A stretch of 64,000 nt of DNA from Tubiluchus corallicola. Taxonomy: Eukaryota; Animalia; Priapulida. Where the stretch lies: the NCBI GenBank assembly GCA_030141605.1, contig JAQGDQ010000187.1, positions 356,532 through 420,531 on the forward strand, read 5' to 3'. Below the pieces are notes generated by a model. The model ran no database searches, was not told the origin of the DNA, and saw only the letters and a program-made list of their open reading frames with translations. Shown piece by piece: positions 36,533 through 50,058 of this stretch. The number at the start of each line of letters is the position of its first letter. The first letter of the stretch is position 1. A program made the position numbers and the translations under genes.

Positions 36533-39500
36533 CCTAAACAGAGGAGGCAAAGATTCAAGCTGGTTTGCTCTCAAAAGTACAGATTCACTGCCAGACCATA
36601 AACACTGCTGTCAATATCTAGCTTTTTGTGTCGAATACGAATGGCAAAAGACCTACGTTAAAACAGTTTCAACTAATGTCTTCTTTTATTGAATCAGCAT
36701 CTCCACCATCAACTGAAGTGCCAGAAGGAGACTACCCTTCCATAGTAAAAACCGATATAACAAATAAAGACGTTCCTGTAGTTCAAGCTTTCACTAGAGG
36801 AAAGTATCTTGGAGAGTTACGTGTGGTATTTAGCGACAATGGTGATGTAATTAATTGGGAAGGATCACCCATACCTTTAGACAAATACGTCGATGAAGGT
36901 AAATAATTTTCTTGTGTTTATTTTATTTATTACTGAAAGAATACTTAAGTCTAGCTTAACCACTTCCAAAGCTAAACTTGGTCAAACTTGAAAATTTAAT
37001 AAGGGTTGGTGTATTTCAGTGTATTTCCTCGCGGCTATATAGCACTTTAAGGAGATGTCTGGATTACCTAATTAATTGGTTCGCAGGGATATCGAGGCGC
37101 TTTTGAAGGCCGCTGTGACAACCATTTTCAGCGACTATTTTTATAAATCGGTACTTTTTAATCAGTTTATGGCCTGTAATGTATATCTGTACATATATTA
37201 CAAACTTACCATTTCTTGATAATGATAGTGAACTATTATTTTATTATTTCTTATTTTAAAGATTCAAGTGTACTGGACGAACTGGAACCGTGGAGAGAAG
37301 AGGTAATTGAAGCAAACTCACGTGAAATTTCACATACGAACGTTCTGCTCGATGGAAATCGCAAATATTGCCGATTAGAGGTAAACTGAAAATGACTAAT
37401 GAAATTGCGTTTGATATTATTTTTCAATTTACGTAATGGTGGTTTCCTGTTTGCCTGTTTATGCACGTCACATAACATTTGTTTAGCAGTATCAACCGTG
37501 ATCTATGTAAGATTAAATGCATTCATGAATTCGTTCAGTGTATTGAAGTACAAGTACGGTATTCTAAAATGTCGAATAGGAAACTGAAAGGTTTCACATT
37601 TTCAACGACCGTCTCAAAACGGCCAGTCAGGTCTTGAAGCAGAATAACTGACAAGAAAAACTCGTGACTAGGCGATGGTCTTTTTGACTCTTTTAAATTA
37701 TGGATACGTTAAGTAGACTTCCTGCATACCCCATGAAGTAAACACCTTTAAAATATTTTATTGCCATGTGTAGTCATAGGAACATTACTTCATCTGAGGG
37801 CATGCTGAAAATGGATTCACAGATCATGGATATTGTATAGAATTTTACACCTGCATTCGATTTTTGCTATTTTGCCATATAACACCAGTGATGGATGCGG
37901 TGGCTTATCTGCTTGAAAGACTTATGTAACTGGAAAAGAAAATTATTAATTATTTAAAATATTTTCACCAATTGGTAAATGTCGTTGACTCGCCTTTAGG
38001 GTTACACAAGCCTCTACAACTTTCTTTTTTAGCAAAATCCATTATAATCCATGAATGTGCAGCCCCCATTGTTGTTTTCATTAAGGACATTACTGCCGCT
38101 GTTAATGGCAGTTCTGGTGCTGCTGCAGGTAGGGGTAGCGTTCCTAACAGGTAGCCCTGAGTAAAGCAATGCAATGGGCCCCTTCAAAACCACTCATGGG
38201 AACACTGACAAAAAACAAATGTTTGAGAATGAGTGAATAGACAACACGTTTTGAACTTAAAACCAGAAAAAATAGTTCGCTGGCACTCTTGCAGAGTTCA
38301 GTTTCAGTATTACGTCGATTTTTGGTCGCTTAATGGCTTCGGCTTTCTTATATTGCTTGCTCGACGTTTTTCAATCTATACTCGTTTGTAGACTCTGTTC
38401 ACAGTGAGGACGTGTGGAAAATTTCCTCGAGGAAAAAGTTGTTTCGGCGTTAATCACGAAAATAGAACACATTGTAGAAATACTGCATGTCATGTTCCAT
38501 TATCGTAATGAATCGTCGCGAAATTCAGATTAAAATTTAACTCTTCAATTACTTCTTGTTCAACGAACAACAATTAACATATTTCAATATAAAATTATAA
38601 CATTCAATCTCTCTTTTAACAGACAGACGATTTTATGTTTTATTAATGCAAATCTATGATTACATTCGTGAAAAAGAAAAAGAGCACACGTATTGCACAT
38701 GTTTATTTTATACATGTATATTTTCAGATTTTGAAGTGGTTAATAAAGCTCTACTAAAAAAACAAACAGGTCTGACATTACATTGACAAAGATTATTAAT
38801 TGCACTTTGTATATGAGAAATGTGTATAACTTAATTTAGACATGACTATATAGTATAAAATATCAAATTACAAAGTCAGATCGTCAACGCAGTTTCTGAA
38901 GTTTACATCTTTTTTGTAATCGAGTTCTGCCGCAAAGTTAATAACTAGTCGAAAGTATCCCGAGTCATTCTAGTGTAACTGTAAAATTTCTCTCGATCGT
39001 CTCTCAAATGTTCATACAAGGTTGCAATAACACCACGATGCTGCCTTGTTTCGTTAATTGAGTACCCCCAGTAACGGCGGTAGTTTATACTATCGTAATA
39101 GTAGTAAGCACTCAGCAAAAACCTGGCTTCGTCTTCATTGTCCATTTTGCCGAGTAATAGCTACAAGTCTGCAACTGGCAAAGTAGCTGGAGCTAAATGG
39201 AATAAATCAGAAAAGTTTCAGTCCGATTTTTCTCGAAATCATGATTCAGCAACAGAGTTCATTTCACAGTGAAACAGCCGCGCAGTCAAACAACTCTATT
39301 GCTGCCTCATGATATCGATTAAAAATCGGAAATTTTCTGAAACTTTTCTGATTTTCTGACACCAATTCCGTACTCCATGTTCCCTGCTTCCTCACTGTGA
39401 ACTGGGTCTTTTAGTCTTTTTAGATCAACTTTATTCAGACGTCCCACCGCCAACAACTTATTTAATCCGGTGCGTTAAAACGGCATTTTAAGCAACCGAG

Positions 39501-42500
39501 GAGGAAGTCACTGTCCACTGTAGATAATTATGTATGTAACTACCTGATCTTTAAGTCTCTCCTAAGTGACACTCTCCCCCTTTTAGTCTTTTTAGACCAA
39601 CTTTATTCAGACGACCCACCGCCAACAACTTATTTAATCCAGTGCGTTAAAACGGCATTTTAAGCAACCGAGGAGGAAGTCACTGTCCACTGTAGATAAT
39701 TATGCATGTAACTACCTGATCTTTAAGTCTCTCCTAAGTGACACTCTCCCCCTTACAGTGTGTTTTATTAGAAAGACAAGCAAACATGGCATCGAACCCG
39801 TACGTCAGTGTTACTGACAGGATACATTGCATTTCATTGGTCAATGACGTACGGGTCAATAATGTATAAATATATTATATAAAAATTCACTTTTATTTTA
39901 GGAATGTAATTTAGGCAATTTCGTTGCGGATGCTGTTGTTGATATCAACGTAAGGTATGAGAAAGGGGAGGAATGGAACAAAGTGGCAATAGGTGTGTGG
40001 AATGGTGGTGGAATTCGAGCTTCCATTGACGAAAAGGAAGAAGAAGGTGAGATAAAGCACTAACTAATAATGCTGTGATTACTCTACAATCATAATTGTA
40101 ACATCTATGGGCGTGCGCAGTTTACACATACATTTCGTTGTGGCACCAAAGGTATTGTTGCTCGTTTTATTTACTCAGCGCTGCGATAAAATTTTCCCAA
40201 TTACGTTAAATTATTTAGAACTAATAAATGTGGGCTATATTAATTGGTTTATAAGTGGTCTATATCAATTCAGAATGGTATAAATTTTGACAAAGAATGA
40301 AGTTCATCCCATTATTTCCACAAACTGTTTTAGTATTGGCATAAACTATATAATTAATAATTTATTTCATACAGGGCATGTCGTAGATGCCTCCACCTAA
40401 TTGTGAATTTCTTGACATAAGATCAGGCAAACATAACAGTTTTGCAAGCGTCAGCATCACCGCAACACACGTGAATGTGAATATGTCTCTTAATAGCACT
40501 GACTACTGATTTTAATTAGCAAATGAAAAAAGTAGTGGGGAGATCGTATGTGACAGACTTTTTTGTTAAAATCAGCGGCTCTGTTAGACTATCTTTAACA
40601 TAGCAGTATACTTGAATTCTCAAAAATTTCTAATTCATTTAAAAGAATTATGGTTTGCCACTATTGGACTATAAATGCTTTCAAGTATGACACTATCGGT
40701 AAGCAGACCTTTTAGTTTTTGCTAGTTGTAATTAATTTTGGGCTAACTCTAAACCTATGCGTATATATCAGAGGAAAGCAAAGCATATTTTGTGTATGTG
40801 GATGTGATAAAGTGACACGCAGCGATTGATTATTTCTCGTACATGACTTGGCGAATTGCGATGAAGCCAGAGCACATAAACACATATTTTAAAGATTTAT
40901 TAGAAACTAAAATACCGAATACTAATCATTTCTCGCAGAAAAATACTTTACTGTACTCGTATTACGAATTACGACGATTGGTGATGATGATAATGATGAC
41001 AGTGATAATGAACCGACGACGACGATGCAGCTTCCCCCGCTGATGCAACAATAACGACAACGGCATTAACTACGATGTTAATCACGACAACTTTTGACGA
41101 TGATTATGGCATGGTAACAACGATGATGAAATTATTGGTGTGATGGTGGTAAGTGATAGCTACGTAATTTTTGTTGCAGGCTTAATAAGATTTGGAGATC
41201 TATTAACAGCATTTCCTTTTGGAAATACCATAGAACTGATTGATGTGACAGGCTCTGAACTGAAGAAAATGATGGAACATTCTGTGAGCGGCTACAGTCC
41301 AGTTGATACACCTGGCCGATTTTTACAAATATCCGGTAAGAAATCATCATCATTGAACTTAAAGCTTAATTTTTTACGATATTGATGATAGACGTAGGAT
41401 TGTTGAGTGAAGATACTTGGTTGATTTCTTGTTATATGTTTCTAAGTATCTCAGTTAAAGCATATGATAAATTTAATGAGATGGCAGTTGCCCAATTGCT
41501 CGTACGGTGAATGTCAATTTAACTAGTTTCTTCACGATCAGACAGTGAACGGACACTATTCTTTTGACTCAGCCCATCAACTTCTCATGTTTTTGACAAA
41601 AAATGAGTGATAGTCTTAAAAACAAAGTAGATACAAGGTGCTGTAGAAGAAGTAGTGCAGTAGAAGTATGTTGATAATTATGCTGAAATGTGCTGTTGCA
41701 ATTACAAAAAGTGTTACAATGCACTTCAGATCTGCATTATCACCATTATTACATCATAATGACGTAAAAATACAATTATATTTTATAATTTGATTTTTCT
41801 TTTCATACAGATGGACGTATAACTTGTTTTCTGGGCAACAATGTTTAAGTGCATCAGCATAGTTCTATTACACTGTTTCTTCTGGAACACTGTGTAGGCC
41901 TTACAGCGTGCACGTATCAATTAGTCTGTCTATGCATTCTCTGACTAAATTTGTTTTTATTGGTTTAAGATTTGCTTGGAGAATAATTACAACCTTGGCT
42001 CATTCGGGTAAACTGATTAAGACTACCTGATCTTATGATCATAAAATTGTAAAATTTTATTACGGTATCACTTATCTTATCACTACATTAGTACTACCTT
42101 TTGTCGTGAAATGATGCAATAACTGTATTTTTGTTTGCATTTTTTATACTAATCGATTACACTGTTCATAAACGTACCCTACATTAACAATATTATCACA
42201 CTTTATATAAAATAATTATTATTACCTTGATACTTAGTATATGTATTAAAATATCCAATTGAATATATTGGAAAACTGTTACCTGCAATTACGTATATGC
42301 TACATGTGTAGACGGTATATTGTGCGGGTATACTACATTAGAAACACGTGTAACAAGTCCTGCGCAGTAAAAGTGGCGCAGGAAAAAATGGCAAAAATAG
42401 AAAAGTAGGTAAAAATTGTACAGGCAAAAATGGCACAGGAAAAAACGGAGCAGTAAAAATGGCACAGGGAAAAATGGCACAAATAGAAAAGTAGGTAAAA

Positions 42501-44285
42501 TGGCACAGGAAAAATAGCACAAATGGAACAGCAGACCTTGGCCAAAGCCGAACAATCTTAAACTTCTTCATCTGATGCTTTTAATTAAAAAAAACGTAAA
42601 AGAAACAAACATGAAAAATGTACCTGTAGTGCTATTATATGGACTAGCAAACGACTCAAAATATATTTTGTTCATTAACTGGATTTATAATCAATAATGC
42701 ACGAATGTTCTACAGTGTTTACATACATGTTTTACCATTGATTTTGGCGATGGTAATAGACTGACAAATATGCAAATTTACATTCTAAGTCAATTTATAA
42801 GGCGATAAACATTAATAAGCAAAGGTTAAAAACAGCTTTTACTCAGTTTTGCAGCTTTACTCACAGACTTTCTCGAAATGGAACATGGAACTAACTCGTA
42901 GTAGTTTGTTCGAGTGGAGATAATAAAAAAGATGTAATAAACACTCTCCCTGAGACCTCCACGAACTGCTTCACAAATGTTTTTGTACGTGGTTCTCGCT
43001 CGATTTTTGCGAAAAAATTCCCATTTTGGCACCTTTTGCCCGCTTTCTCCAGCAAGTTTTGTGGAAATCTGTTAAGAAAATTTTGCGTAATAGGCTTACT
43101 GCCATAAAGACAAAAAACAAACAAACAAACTGTGTTGAAGCATAACTTTCTTGGCAGAGGTAAAAATAATTAAAATAATTATACCCCCCCCCACACACAC
43201 AGTAACCCAAAATCGTAAATTCATATTTTACTAGATGTGCCATTTTTACCTACGTTTTCACTAGTGCCAGTTTTTCCTGTCCTATTTTTAAGGTGCCATT
43301 TTCCTGTGCCATTTTTACCTGAGCAATTTTTATCTGCATTCCTAACATGTGCCATAACCTGGCGGCTTACAGAAGGAAAATTTTTAGTTAACTCTTTTCC
43401 ACTAAATTTTCCTCGCTTGTTAATTTAATAGTAAAAACCTTCGTTTTAATAGTAAAAACCTGCGTTTCACCAGTGGATAACCAATAAACCGCAACAGTAA
43501 GGCCTGGGTGCGAAATTTGTTTTGGTAATTGGATACGATCAACTCTCCTTTTACTGGGAATATACTGTATTATGTAAATTAAAACTAATTTAAGAGTTTG
43601 ATATTTAATTGTAAACTTGTTACAGGAATGAAAGTTGTGTATGACGTCACAAAACCAGTTGGACAAAGAGTTATAGATTTACAAGCGAAGTGCACTCGGT
43701 GTAGATATCCCGTATTTGAACCTGTGGTTTCAGAGAACATCTACCGCGTCGTAATGCCAACGTTTCTCATAGATGGCGGTGATGGCTTTGACATGCACTA
43801 CACAAATAGAATAGAAACAGGTGAGTTATTGATCTCAAACAGCATACATGGGGTAAAATGCCTTCCATTAGTATGCTAAACCAACGAAAGTTTTGCGAAA
43901 GTGAAACCAGACTAATCTTATCTGGACTGAAAAACAATGTTAATAATAGTGAAACGGCTTAATTACAGCATTGTTACTGCGGCGACGTATAATGTCAGTT
44001 TGTTGTCACTGTCGTCGTTGTCGTTATCATTATCATTATCACATTATCATTATCATTATTTTTTTTCCCTTTTCAGGCGACATGGATGCTGATGTGATAG
44101 AACGTTATATGAAGAAAATGTCATCTATTATAATTGGACTGGAAGGAAGAATAAGTTTCATCAATGGCACTGTTAACGAATGCAATTTAAGCGATAGCCT
44201 GAGGTCAAAATCAAAGTCTACCATCTTTGCACTGTCAGTCATATTGACAGTTATTTTATGTTGTGGGAATGTGTTTTTGTTATAA
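29996..44285 (+). CDS. NT5E: Ecto-5'-nucleotidase (CD73-like), signal peptide plus GPI-type tail, ~589 aa
   Basis: Exons 29996-30187, 33528-33665, 33855-33976, 35721-35815, 36039-36236, 36698-36898, 37262-37380, 39902-40046, 41180-41335, 43626-43820, 44077-44285 (1770 nt, phases consistent). Motifs: LTILHTNDVHAR, FLDAGDQFQGTLW, ALGNHEFDDG, IIALGHAG, VVGGHTNTFL, CRLEECNLGN, NGGGIR, FPFGN, GGDGF, EGRI. Hydrophobic N- and C-termini. Confidence 0.95.
30549..30607. repeat. (GAT)n(TAT)n microsatellite
   Basis: Directly visible. Confidence 0.9.
31050..32170 (-). mobile_element. 5'-truncated LINE ORF2 3' portion in NT5E intron 1
   Basis: Minus strand reads CRKWRQVINCSPRKTE and KVLGVIIDKQLSF (late RT/thumb motifs), then ORF 31102-31890 ending in a C-x-C...H-x4-C zinc motif (CNCLLSPRAVHHLLFEC). 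Confidence 0.75.
36350..36530. repeat. (GA)n microsatellite in NT5E intron 5
   Basis: Directly visible. Confidence 0.95.
38390..39409 (-). mobile_element. Internally deleted PIF/Harbinger DNA transposon
   Basis: Imperfect TIRs: agactctgttcacagtgagga and tcctcactgtgaactgggtct. The minus-strand frame RRYWGYSINETRQHRGVIATLYEHLRDDREKFYSYTRMTRDTFD*LL...ITKKDVNFRNC resembles the Harbinger transposase N-terminus. Subterminal hairpin at ~39205-39352. Confidence 0.75.
39408..39751. repeat. 172-bp tandem duplication (two near-identical copies)
   Basis: cttttagtctttttaga...gtgacactctcccc at 39408-39579 and 39580-39751. Confidence 0.9.
42360..43360. mobile_element. Foldback/MITE-like element with minisatellite inverted arms
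   Basis: Left arm has repeated aaaaatggcacagg units (42360-42525); right arm has the complementary cctgtgccattttt units (43237-43340). Confidence 0.65.
42938..43170 (-). mobile_element. Short non-autonomous element (Helentron/DINE-like layout) nested in the foldback element
   Basis: Minus strand: tttttacctctgccaagaaagttatg...(gttt)n...gatttccacaaaacttg...ggaggt. Short subterminal inverted repeats and a tetranucleotide run; family assigned by resemblance only. Confidence 0.45.
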
Positions 44286-44414
44286 ATTAAGGTTGACAGT
44301 ACCTACCTGTTAGCTATTGTAAATCGGCTGTAATTATACTTTTACAAATCATCGTCTCTTTCCGGTATATAAATTTAACATCTATTGTAATTCTATTGTA
44401 ATGTATATACTATA

Positions 44415-44420
44415 AATAAA
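44415..44420 (+). promoter_or_regulatory. Candidate polyadenylation signal of the NT5E-like gene
   Basis: AATAAA 130 nt after the stop codon, followed by a pyrimidine tract. Confidence 0.4.
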
Positions 44421-44446
44421 TGCATATCACTATTCAATATGTAGAT

Positions 44447-44608
<162 letters not shown>

Positions 44609-45864
44609 TAATTAAGGCTGGTTACCTCTTTTTCTGACTATGGCTACTCTGAGCTAAACTTTTCAGATTATGATAAACAGCATGTGCACACAGAAAGCAA
44701 AATAATTTATTTGTTACTATTTCAGATTTAAGAATCGGAAAAAGTCAAAGACAGCTCGTTGCATGCAGGTTACTAACCGACCTAACTGTTGACTGCTTGC
44801 TTTCATGTTGCTTGACAGTGTGCATGTACGTTTAATTTTTTAACAAACTGCCAACCACGACCCGCAGGGGTAGCCATTAGCCGTGATCTGGGACTAGAAA
44901 TTAATTTGGTAGTTGAAAGCTTATAGACATATGTTGATACTGCTCGAGAGCGATTTCGGTTGCGAAAAGGTGTACTCTTTGCTCAAGTGTGGTGTCTACT
45001 TGTTTCAGATATCACAAAAACTGACGGAGGCGGACGACATCACCAGAATTTTATAACTGCACATTCATTGCTTCACATGCTAACCTGTTAATTCCTAAGC
45101 AGTAGCACGCACGATGCATGGATTCCAACATCATAATTATAGTCTAATTTATTAAAGGATTATAATTCTTGCAAGCAGCAATGAAGTTGAAATTCATTAG
45201 TACTAAATTATATTATAGTTATTCGTTACCACCCGCAATATGTGGACATTGTTTACCCATTGCATTTATACCTCGAGTATGTATAAATATTGCTTCTCTT
45301 TTCGTATGGTGTACGTAACAGTACGTTACAACGTGAGTCATGTTTCTATTTGATGAGCGGCTTTCGTTTTTGTCTTTGTCAGTGAAAAGTCAGATTTACA
45401 CACACAAATGATCCCTAAGCCTTTAAACAGCAAAGAACCAAATTACTGAAAAAAGTGGATAGTATTTAGCAAAAAAATCTAACGAGCATAGCAAAAATTA
45501 AATGCACAGCACAAAGTCAAAAATGCCTAGTAAAATTCGGAGGTATACAATGTCGACATTATTAAAACAAATGCACGAAAATCAATAATAATATTTTAAA
45601 TTAATGTCTGATACATTTAATGTTTGTTATTTTTCTAATAACTTTGTGATTGTTCCTACGTGGTGGTAATTGTAACGGTGGCGGTATTCGCAGCGTTGCA
45701 ACGCCAATATCAGCGCTTTTGTGGTAACCCTTGAGCAACCAGCTTTCACGCTGCTCTTAAGCATATTACTGATTCACATCTTTCTGTAATATCACTATGT
45801 GAATATCATCATCTTTCTGTGTATATATGTTCCTTTTTGAATAAAGATTAATTTAAAAAAGAAA

Positions 45865-45942
45865 TCTCTCTCTCTCGTTTTCTCCCTTAGTCGTCTTTCT
45901 TTTTTTCTGTATGTCTATATTTTTGTGCATCTGTCTGTCTAC

Positions 45943-45975
<33 letters not shown>

Positions 45976-46035
45976 ACTCTCTCTCATTCCCTCGTCATTC
46001 CCTCTCCATCTCTCTCTCCCCCCTCTCTCTCTCTT
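45865..46035. repeat. Imperfect (TC)n tract
   Basis: Directly visible. Confidence 0.8.
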
Positions 46036-47189
46036 TGGCGTCCACTTCTTGCGAAAGGCGATGCTCACTACTCACTTCAACACAACACTGGTAAACTCAC
46101 TGTAATAGCGCCAAACACAGGCTTGTTTCAATCAGTGAATGGGCACGAAAATTTATATAATGACAACCATTGAATTAGCTTATCAATTATACTCATATTA
46201 TATTATAAAAAATGAATCAAGATATTAAACTATTTTTGAGTGTCTGCGTAATTATAGAATTTAAAATACAAGAAAACCCTCAGCTTACATAAAGCTTAAA
46301 AATCGTCTTGAAAATCTATACCACTTACGTACTTTTTGCATATCAGACTTGCGTGGGCAATAACGCTGTATAAAACATGCAAATTTAAACTCCCGCGATG
46401 ACCGTTACGCGCAATCATTTTGACGATAAGTCATTTGAAACAAGTTCAGACAATATTGTGTAAAGTTTGAAAAAAAATATCAGAGCATTCGTAGCGAACA
46501 CCTCACTAACTAAGTAAAATTTGATTAAAAATACGTTTTTGGTTAGTGAATGGTGCACCCTGGAGGTTGAGTCAGCTATATTTTACCAATTGGTAAAAGC
46601 ATTTTAAATAATAATTTTCTTTTCTAGTTACATAAGTCTTTTAAGCCGGTAAGCGAAATGCTAAGTAATATAATTTTGCATGGAAAATTTTTTGTGACAT
46701 AATTTAACATTGCCTTTTCTTCCCCTGATTTACGTTGTGCGTACGCATAAAATTGCTATAAGGTAATAGAATTTTTTAAGGCGATTTTTCTGAAACCTAC
46801 TTCTGGATCCCTTTTCTTGTCCTTTAACATTAAAGCAGAAATGGGTGATTTAGCGTATGCAATACTTCTACGAAACTATTGTGAATGTGAAAATATCTAA
46901 ATATTTTGATATATATGTACAATTTGTACATATACTAGGTATATGTATGTTGGCTGCACTTGATAACGAACAAATGCGTTTGCAAGGCATGTATTTACTA
47001 AATTATCAATCAAAATTGTTTAGTTGGTTAGATTCGCAAACGTCAACCAAAACTCAGAGACCCGCATATTAAATAAAAGACAGTTTAGTTGTCATTATAC
47101 ATAAGCCGGTAGGTCAACAGTGATTTGAAGGCTTCCGCGGCTTGGCTAGATCCGTAAGTAATAATAACGTCATAATGGTGGCCAGAAAT

Positions 47190-47540
47190 TATTATACCAC
47201 TAGACAAACCCCGCAAAAACTTTTGCGTATAAACCCACAATGACAAACCATACCACACTATCCACATCAAGCGACCAATACTACACCACTCGTAGCATGC
47301 CACACCACACCAATCACACAATGCCAGCCCCACTACACTACCTATATCACACCACTTTACCCATACCACACCACCTAGACCAAACAGCATCACAACACTG
47401 ATGCTACGCTACACACATTACACCACACATGCCACCCACACCTTGCCACCTCACCACACGACACCACTCGCACCATATCACAGCACCACAACACATCAAC
47501 CGTACCTTGCCACACCACCCACAACACAACACACTGTCCA
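47190..47540. repeat. Degenerate (CACCA/CACTA)n low-complexity tract
   Basis: CA-rich pentamer units. Confidence 0.75.
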
Positions 47541-47609
47541 CAATTCAGAATTATACAAAAATACAGGTTCTACAAGTGATGACAGAATGTGTAGTTAGTT
47601 TTTATGGCA

Positions 47610-48180
47610 TGATTCGGATTTTCAAAAATGTCTGTGAGCTTAGAATATGCAGCCAAATGGTTATATTTTTCTGCGTGGTATGTCAGTGCCTAGTAAACTA
47701 CCAAGGTATTTGCAATTCTTCCAAGACGTATCCTCACCACGTTGTATTGTGTATTGTTCTGTTTTGGCGTGATTTATTTTTAGATTGAAGTTTCTTAGAC
47801 AGTTGATTACAGCTTGTTTCGCATCCTCAATTTCACCTACGTTAGTTATGCTACTCGTGCAATATCATCAGCGTACTGCATGGGCAAAAAACTCGAAGGA
47901 GATCTAAATACTGCATAATTTTACTCTTGCTGAATGGTCGGTTGGATTGAATTTGGATTTAGAATTGTGTACATATGATCTAAAAGTTTTGCAATTTGTT
48001 TCCTTCAAGGCTTTTGGCAGGATAAAATGTGAAGAGAACAGGGTTTAGACAATCACCCTGCGAAACACCGGTGTTTGAGTAAAATTCTGAGTTAAATACA
48101 CCATCACATCTTACTTGCATGAATAGCAGCATAGTGAACCCATACATTTTGTACAAAGTTGAAACTGTGTGCTGTGACAA
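47610..48180 (-). mobile_element. Decayed LINE reverse-transcriptase fragment (RTE-like)
   Basis: Minus strand: TGVSQGDCLNPVLFTFY, QYADDI and NLKINHAKTEQY...WKNCKYLGSLL, interrupted by a stop/frameshifts. Confidence 0.8.
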
Positions 48181-50058
48181 ACGTTATTAGACCCATCTAC
48201 CAATAATCAATCATGTACTGGCATTCTACATTAGTTTTGCGTATTGCTTCTCAGATGATAATAAGCTAACAAATATAGCTTACATGTATAACACTGTAGA
48301 ATGGCTGGTGACAACAATGCCCGGAACAGCCGCGAAATTTCTCAAACTCGAAAACAATGGGTGTTCCTAAACAGCGTGCAGCACTGGGGGGGGGGGGACA
48401 ACTTCAAAACACACTCTCCCGTTTTGTCTAGTGGACACCTCTCTCAAGGAAACCAACACTTTGAAGGCGGTTTCGTCCTCTTTCTGAGTTTGTTTGTTTT
48501 TTATCAACATGCCCAAGCAGTTGCACAAATCGAGTTTTTCTAGGGCTGCTTGTGTAGTTTTTAGCGAAATTCATGTGTATGGGTCCGGAAAAACGCCAGT
48601 TACGGGAACTTACACCCACCGTTCCAAATCTCTAGCAATAAGAGGTACACGTTTTTGCAAGTAAGGTGTGCAATTGGCCATTTTTAGAGATTTTTCGCCC
48701 CGTTCCTCCATGACCCCGTGACCCAATTCGAAAAAATAACCCCAAATAAGACCACACTAGATCGAGACATTTCGTTCGTTATTATATAGATCGCCGAAAA
48801 TGTTGCAGTCATTTGAGCTGGGGTCTGTAGCCTCGTCGGTTATAAATACACATAACCTACATATATATATATACCACAGAAATTAATTATGCAGATGATT
48901 ATTATACATATCATGTTGGCTCAGATATGTTTCAGGTCATTCATAATCAACAAATAATAATAATTTTTATCTCATTCACTATAACTAGCTGCTACAAATA
49001 ATTTCAGAAATTTTAGGCTTTCTTTTGAAAATCAATTCCTTCTTGACAAATTGTCGCGGACTGTTGCAAGTGTGAAACAGTCCCGATTTCAAACACTTGT
49101 CGAAGCCGCATTCATAGTTTTGACCTTGTAAAGGTAACATGGCATACTAGATCTTAAACTTGTACCTAATCTATTTTGGTTATAATGAATAACGAATGTT
49201 ATAAAAGCTTTCTGTCAAACTATTTCATTGGTAATGTCTAGATACTATGTATTACCACAGTAACGAATTTCGAATTCGCTAGGAAAGATTTTGAAGTCAG
49301 AAATGTGCCAATTTTAGAAGTTTTTCGGGCGTTGCTAGGCAATCATGGTCACCATGGCAACCAAATTTTTCACTGCATAAGTATAAAGCTGCCCCGCCCC
49401 CGCTGTGAATGTTTACATAGAAAAAGATGAGCAGTTCTTCTGATAAGAAAGCCTTCCACCCTCAGCCCACATTGCGCTACATTGCTATTTTTGTGCATTT
49501 TCCATCGTTTTTTCAATTAAAAATAGCATGGTACCTAAAATTTAATATGGAATCTTGAGCAACAGTCTATTTTTTCTAATGGATACTGGGGTTCAAAGTG
49601 TGTTTTTATATGATTACATTAATAGGCATCCAGTCACGAAAGCTTAAACTACCATGCATGTTTACACAGGCCAAACAAACTATATAGAGAGAGGCGGAAT
49701 AAAAGCAACATTAGCTAATTGTGGATAATAGCATATAACACAAGCAGAACTTTTAACTTGCTATTTAAATAGCTGCACAAATCCATTTTTCATCCAATTT
49801 GGAATGCTTATGAAAGTCGTTCGTTTTACTTTGATTTTATAAGCAAAATGGCGTCTTCTGCCGCCCCTTTCTTCAGTTAGCTAAGTCGACCTTAATATGT
49901 ACCTCGTGTCAGTTATGTGTAAATAAGTGCATGAAAAAGATAAGTTTAGATAACTCATTTTCGCCAAATTATCTCTGCAAGTATTTGACTGTCATCGCAT
50001 TATAAATATATGTTACTGTCATTAACTTTGCCCTATACGTCAACATAGGAAACAAAAA

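Noticed and set aside
39408-39751. CRISPR-like array (also considered for 42360-42525 and 52732-52840)
   Set aside because: Eukaryotic context, no unique spacers and no cas genes.
48480-48791. Helitron-like end (attatatagat); similar short-element hints at 25320-25710, 27982-28000 and 33200-33400
   Set aside because: Only one terminus or a vague resemblance in each case; boundaries cannot be supported without a repeat library.
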